DNA of 32,000 nt. Origin: Methanothermobacter thermautotrophicus str. Delta H. Lineage in GTDB: Archaea; Methanobacteriota; Methanobacteria; Methanobacteriales; Methanothermobacteraceae. The stretch is from the NCBI RefSeq assembly GCF_000008645.1, contig NC_000916.1, positions 1,440,001-1,472,000 on the forward strand, in the 5' to 3' direction. The notes under the pieces were generated by a model, which ran no database searches, was not told the DNA's origin, and saw only the letters and a program-made list of their open reading frames with translations. The position numbers and the translations under genes are program-made. Below are positions 8,945 to 17,933 of this stretch, piece by piece (positions within the stretch are counted from its first letter, which is position 1; each line of letters opens with the position of its first letter).

Positions 8945-10342
8945 ATGGATATCGGGAGGAAGAGGGATGTATTCCTAATCATTTTACCGGCACTATGTGC
9001 ATTTGCCCTGGCTTTAATACCCACCTTCAGGTACACTGTTCCACTGACATGGGATGTCTATTACCATATACATAATGCCACCCTTTACATGGGGAGGGGC
9101 ATCGTGTTCTGGGATCCTCTAACCTCCGCCCCCCACGGGAGACCCCTATATTATCCACCCCTCTTTCACATAATGCTGCTTTTTCTCAGTAAAATAACCG
9201 GCCTGGGTTTTTTCACAGTCTCCAGATTCATGCAGCCGGTGTTTGCATTTCTCATTCTACTGTCATTTTCATATGTGTCAGGAAAACTCTACGGACCTCT
9301 GGCAGGATTCTTAACAGGCATGTTCCTATTTTCAAGTCTATTCTTCATGAGGATGATGTTCCCGATCCCTGAGTCCCTTGCGATGATCTCCATCCCCCTC
9401 TTTGTTTATGGATACTACAGGTCCATGGAATGTTGCTCAAGACTTTACCCTGTTTTAACAGGCTTGCTCCTGGGGTTAATGTTAATGACCCATATCCTTT
9501 CTGCCTCCATAATTTTAGCAGTGGTTACTCTCTCAACCATTGTCCTTTACATTGGAAAATATGATATCAGACCATGGAATCTATTAATAATCCTCGGGTC
9601 CGGCCTTTTACTTGCATCGGTCTGGTATGCACCCCTTATAGTTAAATACGGTTTTGTATTCAGGTCACCGGCGACCAGTTCCCTGCCTCTAGAGGGATAC
9701 ATCACCCATCTGGGGGTTCTGCTCACAATCCTTTCACTGGCAGGAATTGTTCATGCGGCTGGACGGAGGGAGAAAAAGGATGTTATAATGGCTGTCTGGA
9801 CTGTATTCGTCCTGGCACTTACAGCTGCCTACCTTCTGGGTTTGAAGGTCCTCTCGGACAGGATACTGTACTTCGCCCTCTTCCCGATGGCAACACTGAG
9901 TGCAAATCTTTTCAATTCAATACGAATAAATAATGGCAAATGGTCCTTTTACGCCATTATTTTGCTTATATCCCTTTACTGCATCTATGATGGTTACTCC
10001 CTTGCAAGCTCCATAAAACTCGAGGTTTCAGATTCTGAACTCGATATTGCAGAGTGGTTCAGGTATAACGGAGACCATGCAACTGTTGTTGTGTCTGACT
10101 ACCACATCCAACCAGCCATAGTTGCAGTTTCAGGGCAACCGGTCTCGGCGGGCGGCTATGCGCCAGGAACCATCCGTTCAATCAACGTGGAAAAATATAT
10201 CAGCAGCTTTAACTATACGAAGCATGATATAATGAGGGATCGTGTGGGATACATAATCCTGGATAATGAGGAGAGGACTCCCCCCTACTCCAGACTTGTT
10301 TACAGGAACCGGGACTTTTCTGTTTACAGAGTGAATGTCTGA
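8945..10342 (+). CDS. Polytopic membrane protein, GT-C glycosyltransferase-like
   Basis: 465 aa with many hydrophobic helices. N-terminal TWDVYYHIHNATLYMGRGIVFWDPL and H..ARPLYYPP-like motif resemble GT-C enzymes. Specific function not assignable. Confidence 0.65.
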   Translation: MDIGRKRDVFLIILPALCAFALALIPTFRYTVPLTWDVYYHIHNATLYMGRGIVFWDPLTSAPHGRPLYYPPLFHIMLLFLSKITGLGFFTVSRFMQPVFAFLILLSFSYVSGKLYGPLAGFLTGMFLFSSLFFMRMMFPIPESLAMISIPLFVYGYYRSMECCSRLYPVLTGLLLGLMLMTHILSASIILAVVTLSTIVLYIGKYDIRPWNLLIILGSGLLLASVWYAPLIVKYGFVFRSPATSSLPLEGYITHLGVLLTILSLAGIVHAAGRREKKDVIMAVWTVFVLALTAAYLLGLKVLSDRILYFALFPMATLSANLFNSIRINNGKWSFYAIILLISLYCIYDGYSLASSIKLEVSDSELDIAEWFRYNGDHATVVVSDYHIQPAIVAVSGQPVSAGGYAPGTIRSINVEKYISSFNYTKHDIMRDRVGYIILDNEERTPPYSRLVYRNRDFSVYRVNV

Positions 10343-10427
10343 CTTTATTCATTGAGGTAATGTGATTAAAAATTCATACGGAGTGAAGGTCTGACTTTAT
10401 CCATATTGGTGATTAACAATTCAAATA
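10329..10427. repeat. Imperfect tandem duplication, period 52 bp
   Basis: GAGTGAATGTCTGACTTTATTCATTGAGG...GATTAAAAATTCATA (from 10329) and GAGTGAAGGTCTGACTTTATCCATATTGGTGATTAACAATTCAAATA (from 10381). Confidence 0.75.
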
Positions 10428-10454
10428 TTATCCAGTGAATGGGGCTGTTAAAAA

Positions 10455-11822
10455 ATGAAGAAACTATTTGGCACATTCGGAGTTAGAAGACTTGCAAATG
10501 AGGTTTTAACACCTGAATTCGCATCAAAGCTTGCGGCAGCATACGGTTCAACTGTAGAAGGGAAAATAGCTGTTGGAGGAGATACAAGGACATCCACTGT
10601 AATGATAAAGAATGCTGTCATATCCGGCCTTCTTTCAAGCGGATGTGATGTTGTTGACCTGGGAATACTCCCAACGCCAGCCGTTCAGTATGCAGTCAGA
10701 AAATATTATGATGGAGGGGTTATCGTAACGGCGTCCCACAACCCCCCACAGTACAACGGTATAAAATTCGTTGACTCAGACGGCATAGGCATCCCTGATG
10801 ACCTGGAGGAGGAAATAGAAAGGATATTCTTCAGCGAAGATTTCAGGAGGGCCTCCTGGGATAAAATCGGAAACCTCACATCAAACCCCTCCATAATCAG
10901 GGAGTACCAGGACGGTGTCATAGCGAGGGTCGATGCAGAGGCCATCCGTAGAAGGAAATTCCGGGTGGTGGTCGACTGTGGCTGTGGAGCAGCGTCCTAC
11001 ACCATGCCCTACATCCTCAGGAGGCTCGGATGTCAGGTGATAGCACTTAACTCTCAGCCTGATGGTTTCTTCCCGGGCCGTGACCCTGAACCTGTCCCTG
11101 AGAACCTCTCGGAGCTGATGGAGACTGTGAGGTCAACCGGGGCTGATCTGGGCATAGCCCACGACGGTGACGCAGACAGGACAATATGTATCGATGAGAG
11201 GGGAGAATTTGTCCTCGGCGATAAGACATTCGCCCTTGTTGAGAAGAGGATGCTCCAGGAAAAGGGTGGAGGCATAATAGTCACCACCGTCGCAACATCC
11301 TCAGCAATATACGATATAGCATCAGAGAACAACGGAGAGGTAATAACAACAGCTGTAGGGGACCTCCTGGTGGCAAGAAAACTTAAAGAGACAGACGGAC
11401 TATTTGGAGGCGAGGAAAACGGTGGATTAATATTCCCCGACTTTGTATACGGGAGGGACGCAGCCCTCACAGCCGCCACGATACTCGAGATAATGGCCCA
11501 TGAGGACAGGCCACTATCAGCGCTTGTATCGGAACTACCCGCATATTACTCCAGTAAGAGGAAAATAGAATGTCCCGATGAAATTAAAGGGGATGTGATG
11601 GACCTGGTAAGTAAGATGCTGGCAGATGAGGAGGGTGTAAGGGACATAGATACCACAGACGGTGTTAAAATATTCAGTGAAGCCGGGTGGGTCATAATAA
11701 GGCCCTCAGGGACCGAGCCAATATTCAGATGCTTCGCAGAGTCAGAGACACAGGAGCAGGCAGATGAAATGGCCCGCTGGGGCATATCCCTGGTCGAGAG
11801 GGCCATGGAAAAACTGAAATAG
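10455..11822 (+). CDS. glmM: Phosphoglucosamine mutase / phosphohexomutase, paralog 1
   Basis: 455 aa. TASHNPPQYNGIK phosphoserine loop, AHDGDADR metal loop, GGEENGG, RPSGTEP. Confidence 0.92.
   Translation: MKKLFGTFGVRRLANEVLTPEFASKLAAAYGSTVEGKIAVGGDTRTSTVMIKNAVISGLLSSGCDVVDLGILPTPAVQYAVRKYYDGGVIVTASHNPPQYNGIKFVDSDGIGIPDDLEEEIERIFFSEDFRRASWDKIGNLTSNPSIIREYQDGVIARVDAEAIRRRKFRVVVDCGCGAASYTMPYILRRLGCQVIALNSQPDGFFPGRDPEPVPENLSELMETVRSTGADLGIAHDGDADRTICIDERGEFVLGDKTFALVEKRMLQEKGGGIIVTTVATSSAIYDIASENNGEVITTAVGDLLVARKLKETDGLFGGEENGGLIFPDFVYGRDAALTAATILEIMAHEDRPLSALVSELPAYYSSKRKIECPDEIKGDVMDLVSKMLADEEGVRDIDTTDGVKIFSEAGWVIIRPSGTEPIFRCFAESETQEQADEMARWGISLVERAMEKLK
11046..11181 (+). repeat. 136-bp near-identical tract shared (inverted) with 17200..17335
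   Basis: 135/136 identical by direct base comparison; only mismatch at 11093 (T) vs 17288 (C on +, G in gene orientation). Confidence 0.97.
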
Positions 11823-11826
11823 CTGT

Positions 11827-12956
11827 TTAGAGGTTCTCAAGGCACTCCTCACGGAGTATCCCGGCATCCTCATTTTTCGGGTTTATCATCAGGGCCCTGT
11901 TGAAGGCCTCAAGGGCCTCATCGAATCTTTCAAGTTCAAGGAGGGCAACCCCCATGTTGGTCCAGTAGACATCGTTCTCTGGTTCCATTTCAATGGCCCT
12001 CCTGTAGCATTCAAGGGCCTCATTGAATCTTTCAAGTTCAAGGAGGGCGTTACCCTTACGGTTCCAGACATTGGGGTCCTGTTCATCCTCAAGGGCAAGC
12101 TCAAGGGCACTGTTGTATGATTCTATGGCTTCTTCCATCCGCCCGAGGTCAGATAGCAGGTTTCCCCTGGCAGTCCAGACCTCGGCGTTCCGGGGGTCAA
12201 TTTCAAGGGATCGCTCATAGGATTCAAGGGCCTCCAGGGGTTTTCCTGCAACCTCAAGCATCACACCCCTCCAGTAGAGGAGGTCCGGGTCGTGTTTTAT
12301 TTTCAGAGCCCTTTCACTAGCCTCAAGGGCCTCATCCACCCTCCCGGCGTTCAGGAGGGTTATGGCCATGTTATTCCATATGTAGGGGTTCTCAGGTTCT
12401 ATCATTATGGCCCTCCGGTAATTTTCAAGGGCCTCATCGAATCTTCCCAGCCTTGTGAGGTTGTCACCGAGTCTGTTGAGTATGTAGACGTCGTTGGGGT
12501 CTATCCTGAGGGCCGCGGTGTAACATAGCTCTGATTTACTGAATTTACCTGAATCAAAGAGTATGTCCGCCCTTCTTGTTATCATGGCCTTCTCATCGAT
12601 TCTTTTACCTTCCCATTCATCCACAGGAAGTTTTCTGAACCTTATCACCTGGAACTCGGTATCATCCGTGAGTTCACCTTGGTACATCCTCTGGAATTCC
12701 TCTTCGAGCTGTTTGGCGTCCCTGAAACCATCCTCCCTGGCCAGCTCATCGTTCTCTCTGAGTTCCCTGAAACTCACGGTTTCAACGTCTGTCACCACAG
12801 CTTCGAAGACCTTTTCACGGTCCTTTGAGACGAGGTTCCAGTAGCAGTGGAGCCGGTCGCCGACCTGAGGGGCCTCTTCCACTTGCGCCTTATAGTCATG
12901 GTCCTTTTGCCTGTTACAAGGTCAATGTCCCTGCTGCTGAATGAGAGTATGGGCAA
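11827..12956 (-). pseudogene. ASCH-domain + TPR-repeat protein, CDS interrupted by an apparent 1-nt loss near 12865-12869 (either real or sequencing error)
   Basis: Track ORF 11827..12882 encodes VGDRLHCYWNLVSKDREKVFEAVVTDV... plus about 7 TPRs. Another frame directly upstream, from TTG 12956 with an AGGAGG RBS, encodes (M)PILSFSSRDIDLVTGKRTMTIRRKWKRPL, the missing N-terminus of an ASCH domain. Confidence 0.8.
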
Positions 12957-12995
12957 CGGGTCTCCACCTCCTGGATTCTCTTAGAGGGTTATCAT

Positions 12996-13697
12996 CTAGA
13001 TCTCTTCTTCCCCGAATTCCTCTGTACGTATTTTAACCATTCTGAATCTGTCTCTGACCCTCATTGCAATCTCCCTGAGTCTCCTGGGTGATGGGGGCTC
13101 TGTTTCTCTGAGTGACTCATCAAGGACGACCCTGTTCCTGAACTGCTGCAGGACATAGACATCACATTCGATTGACTCTGCAATCATCTCTATGTCCTCT
13201 TCCCCCATGAGACCCGGGACGAAGGTTGTGCGGCACTCCACTGTGACACCCGAATCCCTGAGGATCTCAAGGCTCCTCATCACGCCCCCGGCACAGGCAC
13301 CGGCAAGTTCAGGGTACCTGTGGAGGGGGGCCTTCACATCAATTGCAACATAGTCAAGAGTGGGGCAGTAGCCTTCAAGGGCTTCAGGATATGAGCCATT
13401 GGTATCCAGTTTCGTTGCAAGTCCCAGGGAACGTGCATGTTCAAGGACAGTTTCGAGGGCATCGACCTGGAGGAGGGGTTCACCCCCACTCACCACCAGG
13501 GCTTCAACGAATTCTGAGTACCTCTCCACATCATCAAGGACAGTTTCGAGGTCAACTTCATCACCCCCATCTATGAGTTCAGGGTTGTGGCAGTAGGGGC
13601 ACCTGAAGTTGCAGCCGGCAGTGAATATAACGAGCGAGGTTTTTCCGGGATAGTCGAGGGTTGAAACTGCCATTGAACCAATCTTCATTGGAATCAC
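12996..13697 (-). CDS. nrdG: Anaerobic ribonucleoside-triphosphate reductase activating protein (NrdG-like radical SAM)
   Basis: 233 aa. GCNFRCPYCHNPELI radical SAM CxxxxxC... motif; VVSGGEPLLQ; overlaps upstream hisC by 4 nt (ATGA). Confidence 0.85.
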   Translation of the reverse strand: MIPMKIGSMAVSTLDYPGKTSLVIFTAGCNFRCPYCHNPELIDGGDEVDLETVLDDVERYSEFVEALVVSGGEPLLQVDALETVLEHARSLGLATKLDTNGSYPEALEGYCPTLDYVAIDVKAPLHRYPELAGACAGGVMRSLEILRDSGVTVECRTTFVPGLMGEEDIEMIAESIECDVYVLQQFRNRVVLDESLRETEPPSPRRLREIAMRVRDRFRMVKIRTEEFGEEEI

Positions 13698-14815
13698 TGA
13701 ACCAGTTCACCCAGGACCTCAAGGAACCTTCTATCCTCTTCAAGGGTGCCGACACTGACACGTATCCAGTATTCATCAAGTCCTGTGAAGGAAGTGCAGT
13801 CCCTCACGATTATACCCTTCCTTAAGAGTTCTTCTGAGAGTTCGGCAGCGGTCCTGCCTGTCCCCCTCACGTCAATCAGTATGTAGTTTGCATATGATCT
13901 GAAAACCCTCAGTTCCGGGAATTTCTTTAACCCGGAGTAGAGGTACTCCCTGCTTTTTATTGAGTACTCGGTGGATTTTTTTATGTAATCCCTGTCCCTG
14001 ATGGTTGCAAGGGCAGCTGCATGGGATAGCCTCGTGAGGCTGAAAACCGGCTTTACACGGTGCATGTACTCTATTATCTGTGGGTCCCCGAGACCATAAC
14101 CTATCCTCATACCTGCAAGTCCCATCACCTTTGAGAATGTCCTCAGGATAAAGAGGTTTTCATGGTCAGGGAGGAGGTCAGTGTTGTCCACACCTGCAAA
14201 TTCGGTGTAGGCCTCATCAACAACCACCAGGGTATCTGTTGACTCCAGAACAGCCCGGATGTCCTTCTTATCTATGAGGCCCCCGGTGGGATTGTTGGGT
14301 GTGCAGAGAAAGACGAGGCGGGTTGATTCATCAACCGCATCCAGGACCGATTCAAGGTCGAGGCGGTTCTCGTTGACGTCCCACCGTGCATGGACAGCCC
14401 TTGCATCATGGGCCTGGAGCGTGTACTCATAGTACATGTAGGATGGCATGGGCACGACGAAGGACTCCCCCGGTTCAAGGAAGGTCCTCCCCAGGACATC
14501 GATTATCTCATCGGCACCATCACCACCCACTATAACCTGATCCATCCCAACCCCTGCGTAGTCTGCTATGGCTTCCCTGAGGTCGGTCAGGGCTGACTCG
14601 GGGTATCTGTGAACCGATTCAAGTTCACGCTCCATGGCCTCCACCGCGGCGGGTGATGGGCCCAGGGGGTTCTCATTGGATCCAAGTTTAATTATCTCAT
14701 CCTCTTTAAGACCATAGGCATCTGCAATTTCCTTTATGGATCTTCCAGGTACATAGGGTTCAATATCATTGATCTTATTCCGAATCTTTACCATAGAACC
14801 ACTCTTGAGTTTCAT
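13694..14815 (-). CDS. hisC: Histidinol-phosphate aminotransferase
   Basis: 373 aa. KLGSNENPLGPSPAA, FLCTPNNPTGG, VVDEAYTEF, RTFSKVMGLAGMRIGY (PLP lysine). Confidence 0.95.
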   Translation of the reverse strand: MKLKSGSMVKIRNKINDIEPYVPGRSIKEIADAYGLKEDEIIKLGSNENPLGPSPAAVEAMERELESVHRYPESALTDLREAIADYAGVGMDQVIVGGDGADEIIDVLGRTFLEPGESFVVPMPSYMYYEYTLQAHDARAVHARWDVNENRLDLESVLDAVDESTRLVFLCTPNNPTGGLIDKKDIRAVLESTDTLVVVDEAYTEFAGVDNTDLLPDHENLFILRTFSKVMGLAGMRIGYGLGDPQIIEYMHRVKPVFSLTRLSHAAALATIRDRDYIKKSTEYSIKSREYLYSGLKKFPELRVFRSYANYILIDVRGTGRTAAELSEELLRKGIIVRDCTSFTGLDEYWIRVSVGTLEEDRRFLEVLGELVQ

Positions 14816-14846
14816 ACAATCTCGGTTAACTCAGGTCACTGGAGAG

Positions 14847-15302
14847 TTATTCACGTGCCAGCAGAGCATACCTCCGGGCATTATCCCTTATTGACTCTAT
14901 CTCCTCATCACTGAGTTCTCTCACAGCCCTTGCAGGAGTCCCGATTATCAGGCTTCCAGGGGGGAATTCCTTACCCGAGGTTATCACCGCCCCGGCTCCG
15001 ACGATGGAGTTCTCTCCTATAACGGCACCGTTGAGGATGGTGGAGTTCATACCTATGAGGACATTATCTGCCACAATGCACCCGTGGAGGACCGCGGCGT
15101 GGCCCACAGATACGCAGTCACCAACCCTGACAGGGTATCCGCGACTTGTATGGACTACGCAGTTGTCCTGGATGTTTGAGCAGCGCCCTATCTCGATGGG
15201 TTCAAGGTCGCCCCGCAGGACGGCATTGTACCATACAGAGGAACCATCACCGATCCTCACATCCCCCACTATCCTGGCACCATCAAGGACTCTGAAGCCC
15301 AT
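14847..15302 (-). CDS. Gamma-class carbonic anhydrase-like left-handed beta-helix acetyltransferase family protein
   Basis: 151 aa. VWYNAVLRGDLEPIEIGRCSNIQDNCVVHTSRG...VGHAAVLHGC...IGMNSTILNGA hexapeptide repeats and the H/H/H metal ligand pattern. Confidence 0.9.
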   Translation of the reverse strand: MGFRVLDGARIVGDVRIGDGSSVWYNAVLRGDLEPIEIGRCSNIQDNCVVHTSRGYPVRVGDCVSVGHAAVLHGCIVADNVLIGMNSTILNGAVIGENSIVGAGAVITSGKEFPPGSLIIGTPARAVRELSDEEIESIRDNARRYALLARE

Positions 15303-15306
15303 CCTA

Positions 15307-16578
15307 TCACCTGTACTCCATTGTAGTGTGCTCCTGCCTGAGTATCACCAGTCTGTCTGAGGGCACATCCCTCGATATCACACAGCCGGCACCTATGCAG
15401 GAATCCTTCCCCACCTTGACACCGGGGTTGAAACTTGAGTTTATACCTGTCTTGACACCATCACCGAACACAGCCCCCAGTTTCCTCCGACCGGTTTCCA
15501 CGACATCATCCTTTACCACCATCCTGACGGGGCCATCATCAAATCGCAGATTGGCTATGTTGGTACCTGCAGCTATGTTACAGTTCATCCCTATAACGGA
15601 ATCCCCCACATAGCTGAGGTGGTTGATGTTTGTACCGTCCATTATGATTGAATTCTTGACTTCGACGGCGTTCCCTATACTTACACCGTCCCCTATACAG
15701 GTATGGGCCCTGAGGTAGGAGTTGGGGCCTATATCGCAGTTTCTGCCTATGTAGACCGGTCCCTGGATGTAGGTGCCTGACCTTATAATGGTGCCCTCGC
15801 CAATGGCAACAGGGCCATGTATGGTCACACCATCCTCCACATCACCCTCCACGGAATCCTCAAGGTCCTTCATGAGCCTTTCACTTGCCTCAAGGAGTTC
15901 CCATGGTCTGCCAACATCTATCCAGTCCCTGTCTGATATTATGGCCCTCACAGGGAGGTCATCCCTCACCTGCATCATTATGGTGTCTGTTATCTCGTAT
16001 TCTCCCCTCCTGGATAGGGGGGTTCTCTCTATATAATCAAAGACGGCCGGGCTGAACACGTATATGCCTGTGTTTATGAGGTTCCCTGCCCCTGCATCGG
16101 GGCCTGGTTTCTCTATGATCTCCCTTACACGGTCCCCCTCAACCTTAACGACCCCGAAGGAGGAGGGGTCCGGGACCTCCCTGAGGACCATCAGTGTTTC
16201 GGGTTTCCTCTCATGGTATGACCCAATCAGGTCGCCCATGAGCCCCGGATCCGTGATGATGTCCCCGTTAAGTACAATGAACTCATCGTCTATAAGCTCT
16301 GAGGCCTGACCTATGGCATGAGCCGTTCCAAGGCGTTCCTCCTGCCTTACGTAGGTTATATTGACTCCTGATCCGGATCCGTCGCCGAAGTGGGACCTGA
16401 CGGCCTCCTCATGATAGCCTGTTATCATCACGATATCATGGACACCGTTGTCCCTGAGGGCATCCACACTGTACTGTAGTATGGGTTTACCTGCAACTGG
16501 CAGCATGGTCTTGGGCCTTGTGAGGGTGAGGGGTCGCATCCTGGTCCCCTCACCTGCTGTTAGAATAACTGCCTGCAT
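15307..16578 (-). CDS. glmU: Bifunctional glucosamine-1-phosphate acetyltransferase / UDP-GlcNAc pyrophosphorylase (sugar-1-P nucleotidylyltransferase)
   Basis: 423 aa. N-terminal LTAGEGTRMRPLTLTRPKTMLPVAGKP; C-terminal hexapeptide beta-helix. Confidence 0.9.
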   Translation of the reverse strand: MQAVILTAGEGTRMRPLTLTRPKTMLPVAGKPILQYSVDALRDNGVHDIVMITGYHEEAVRSHFGDGSGSGVNITYVRQEERLGTAHAIGQASELIDDEFIVLNGDIITDPGLMGDLIGSYHERKPETLMVLREVPDPSSFGVVKVEGDRVREIIEKPGPDAGAGNLINTGIYVFSPAVFDYIERTPLSRRGEYEITDTIMMQVRDDLPVRAIISDRDWIDVGRPWELLEASERLMKDLEDSVEGDVEDGVTIHGPVAIGEGTIIRSGTYIQGPVYIGRNCDIGPNSYLRAHTCIGDGVSIGNAVEVKNSIIMDGTNINHLSYVGDSVIGMNCNIAAGTNIANLRFDDGPVRMVVKDDVVETGRRKLGAVFGDGVKTGINSSFNPGVKVGKDSCIGAGCVISRDVPSDRLVILRQEHTTMEYR

Positions 16579-16582
16579 TCCA

Positions 16583-17932
16583 TCACCCTATCACATTTTC
16601 AAGGTAACCGCGGGTCCTTTCATGTATATACCTGGCCTTCTCCTCTGTCTTTCCCTCCAGGGTGATCCTGATGTAGGGCTCTGTCCCTGATGGTCTCACA
16701 AGGACCCAGCTCCCATCATCGAGGGATATCCTGACGCCGTCGATGGTGTTAATATCTGATGTCTCGCTGAACTGGTCACTGAGCTCAGCAGCTACCCTCT
16801 CCATTATGATATCCTTCTTCTCGTCGGGGCACGGGACCTTGTCCCTTATGTTGGGGTAGGATGGCACCTCCTCAAGCAGCTCTGAGAGGGGCCCCCTTGC
16901 TGATACAAGTTCCGCCACCCTGAGGGCTGAGAGTATCCCGTCGGGGCACATGCAGAAATCAGGGTGCAGCCAGGTACCTGAGGGCTCACCTCCGAACCTG
17001 GCCCCCTCCTCTGCAATGGTGTTGGCCACATGCACATCACCCACACGGGTCCTTATGACTTCGCCCCGGTCCCCCAGGCATTCATCAACACAGAGGGACG
17101 CATCAACGGTTGTTATTATTTTACCTCCAATCTCCCTTGCCATGAGGGCCAGGAGCTTATCGAAGCTTGCGAATCGTCCCTGGTCGTCGATTGCAACCAT
17201 CCTGTCTGCGTCACCGTCGTGGGCTATGCCCAGATCAGCCCCGGTTGACCTCACAGTCTCCATCAGCTCCGAGAGGTTCTCAGGGACCGGTTCAGGGTCA
17301 CGGCCCGGGAAGAAACCATCAGGCTGAGAGTTAAGGGTTATGACCCTGCAGCCGGCCTTCCTGAATATGAGGGGAGACAGGTGGGATGCTGCGCCGCACC
17401 CTGAGTCAATGACGACCTTGAGGGGTTTTTTAATCTCCACGGTTTCGAGTACCGCCCTGACATAGTCATCCCTCATATCAACCGTGGTTATGGACCCCAG
17501 TTCATCCCAGGCCTTCCTTTTGAAGTCCCTGCTGTGTATTATGGACTCTATGACCCTCTCCTGCGATGGTCTGTAGGCCATCCCGTCAGGGTTCCAGAGT
17601 TTTATCCCGTTGTAGGGGGCGGGGTTATGGGATGCGGTTATCATCACACCAGCAGCTGCACCCAGACGGGATGCTGCGTAACCCACAAGGGGTGTGGGGA
17701 CCATTCCAAGGCGTGTAACATCACAGCCACATTCTACTATCCCGGCGATCAGGGCATTCTCCAGAAGCTGGCTGGATGTCCTTGTATCGTAGCCCACAAC
17801 AACCTCCCCATCACCACCGAGGTGGGTTGCCAGGGCCTTCCGGTGTTCAGCTGTCAGTTCCAGTGTGACCTTCTCTCCGAAGCGGCCCCTTATACCTGAT
17901 GTACCGAAGAGTCGCGGTTTTTTCTCCTTCAT
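16583..17932 (-). CDS. glmM: Phosphoglucosamine mutase / phosphohexomutase, paralog 2
   Basis: 449 aa. LFGTSGIRG, TASHNPAPYNGIK, AHDGDADR, RPSGTEPYIR. Second glmM-like gene in the window. Confidence 0.92.
   Translation of the reverse strand: MKEKKPRLFGTSGIRGRFGEKVTLELTAEHRKALATHLGGDGEVVVGYDTRTSSQLLENALIAGIVECGCDVTRLGMVPTPLVGYAASRLGAAAGVMITASHNPAPYNGIKLWNPDGMAYRPSQERVIESIIHSRDFKRKAWDELGSITTVDMRDDYVRAVLETVEIKKPLKVVIDSGCGAASHLSPLIFRKAGCRVITLNSQPDGFFPGRDPEPVPENLSELMETVRSTGADLGIAHDGDADRMVAIDDQGRFASFDKLLALMAREIGGKIITTVDASLCVDECLGDRGEVIRTRVGDVHVANTIAEEGARFGGEPSGTWLHPDFCMCPDGILSALRVAELVSARGPLSELLEEVPSYPNIRDKVPCPDEKKDIIMERVAAELSDQFSETSDINTIDGVRISLDDGSWVLVRPSGTEPYIRITLEGKTEEKARYIHERTRGYLENVIG
17200..17335 (-). 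repeat. 136-bp near-identical tract shared (inverted) with 11046..11181
   Basis: Partner of 11046..11181, mapping x to 28381-x. Confidence 0.97.
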
Positions 17933-17933
17933 C

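Noticed and set aside
16950-17327. Similar ORF tails SISSERFSGTGSGSRPGKKPSG on antisense strands of both glmM genes
   Set aside because: Not an independent protein pair; they are antisense translations of the shared 136-bp tract, which is reported as the real signal.
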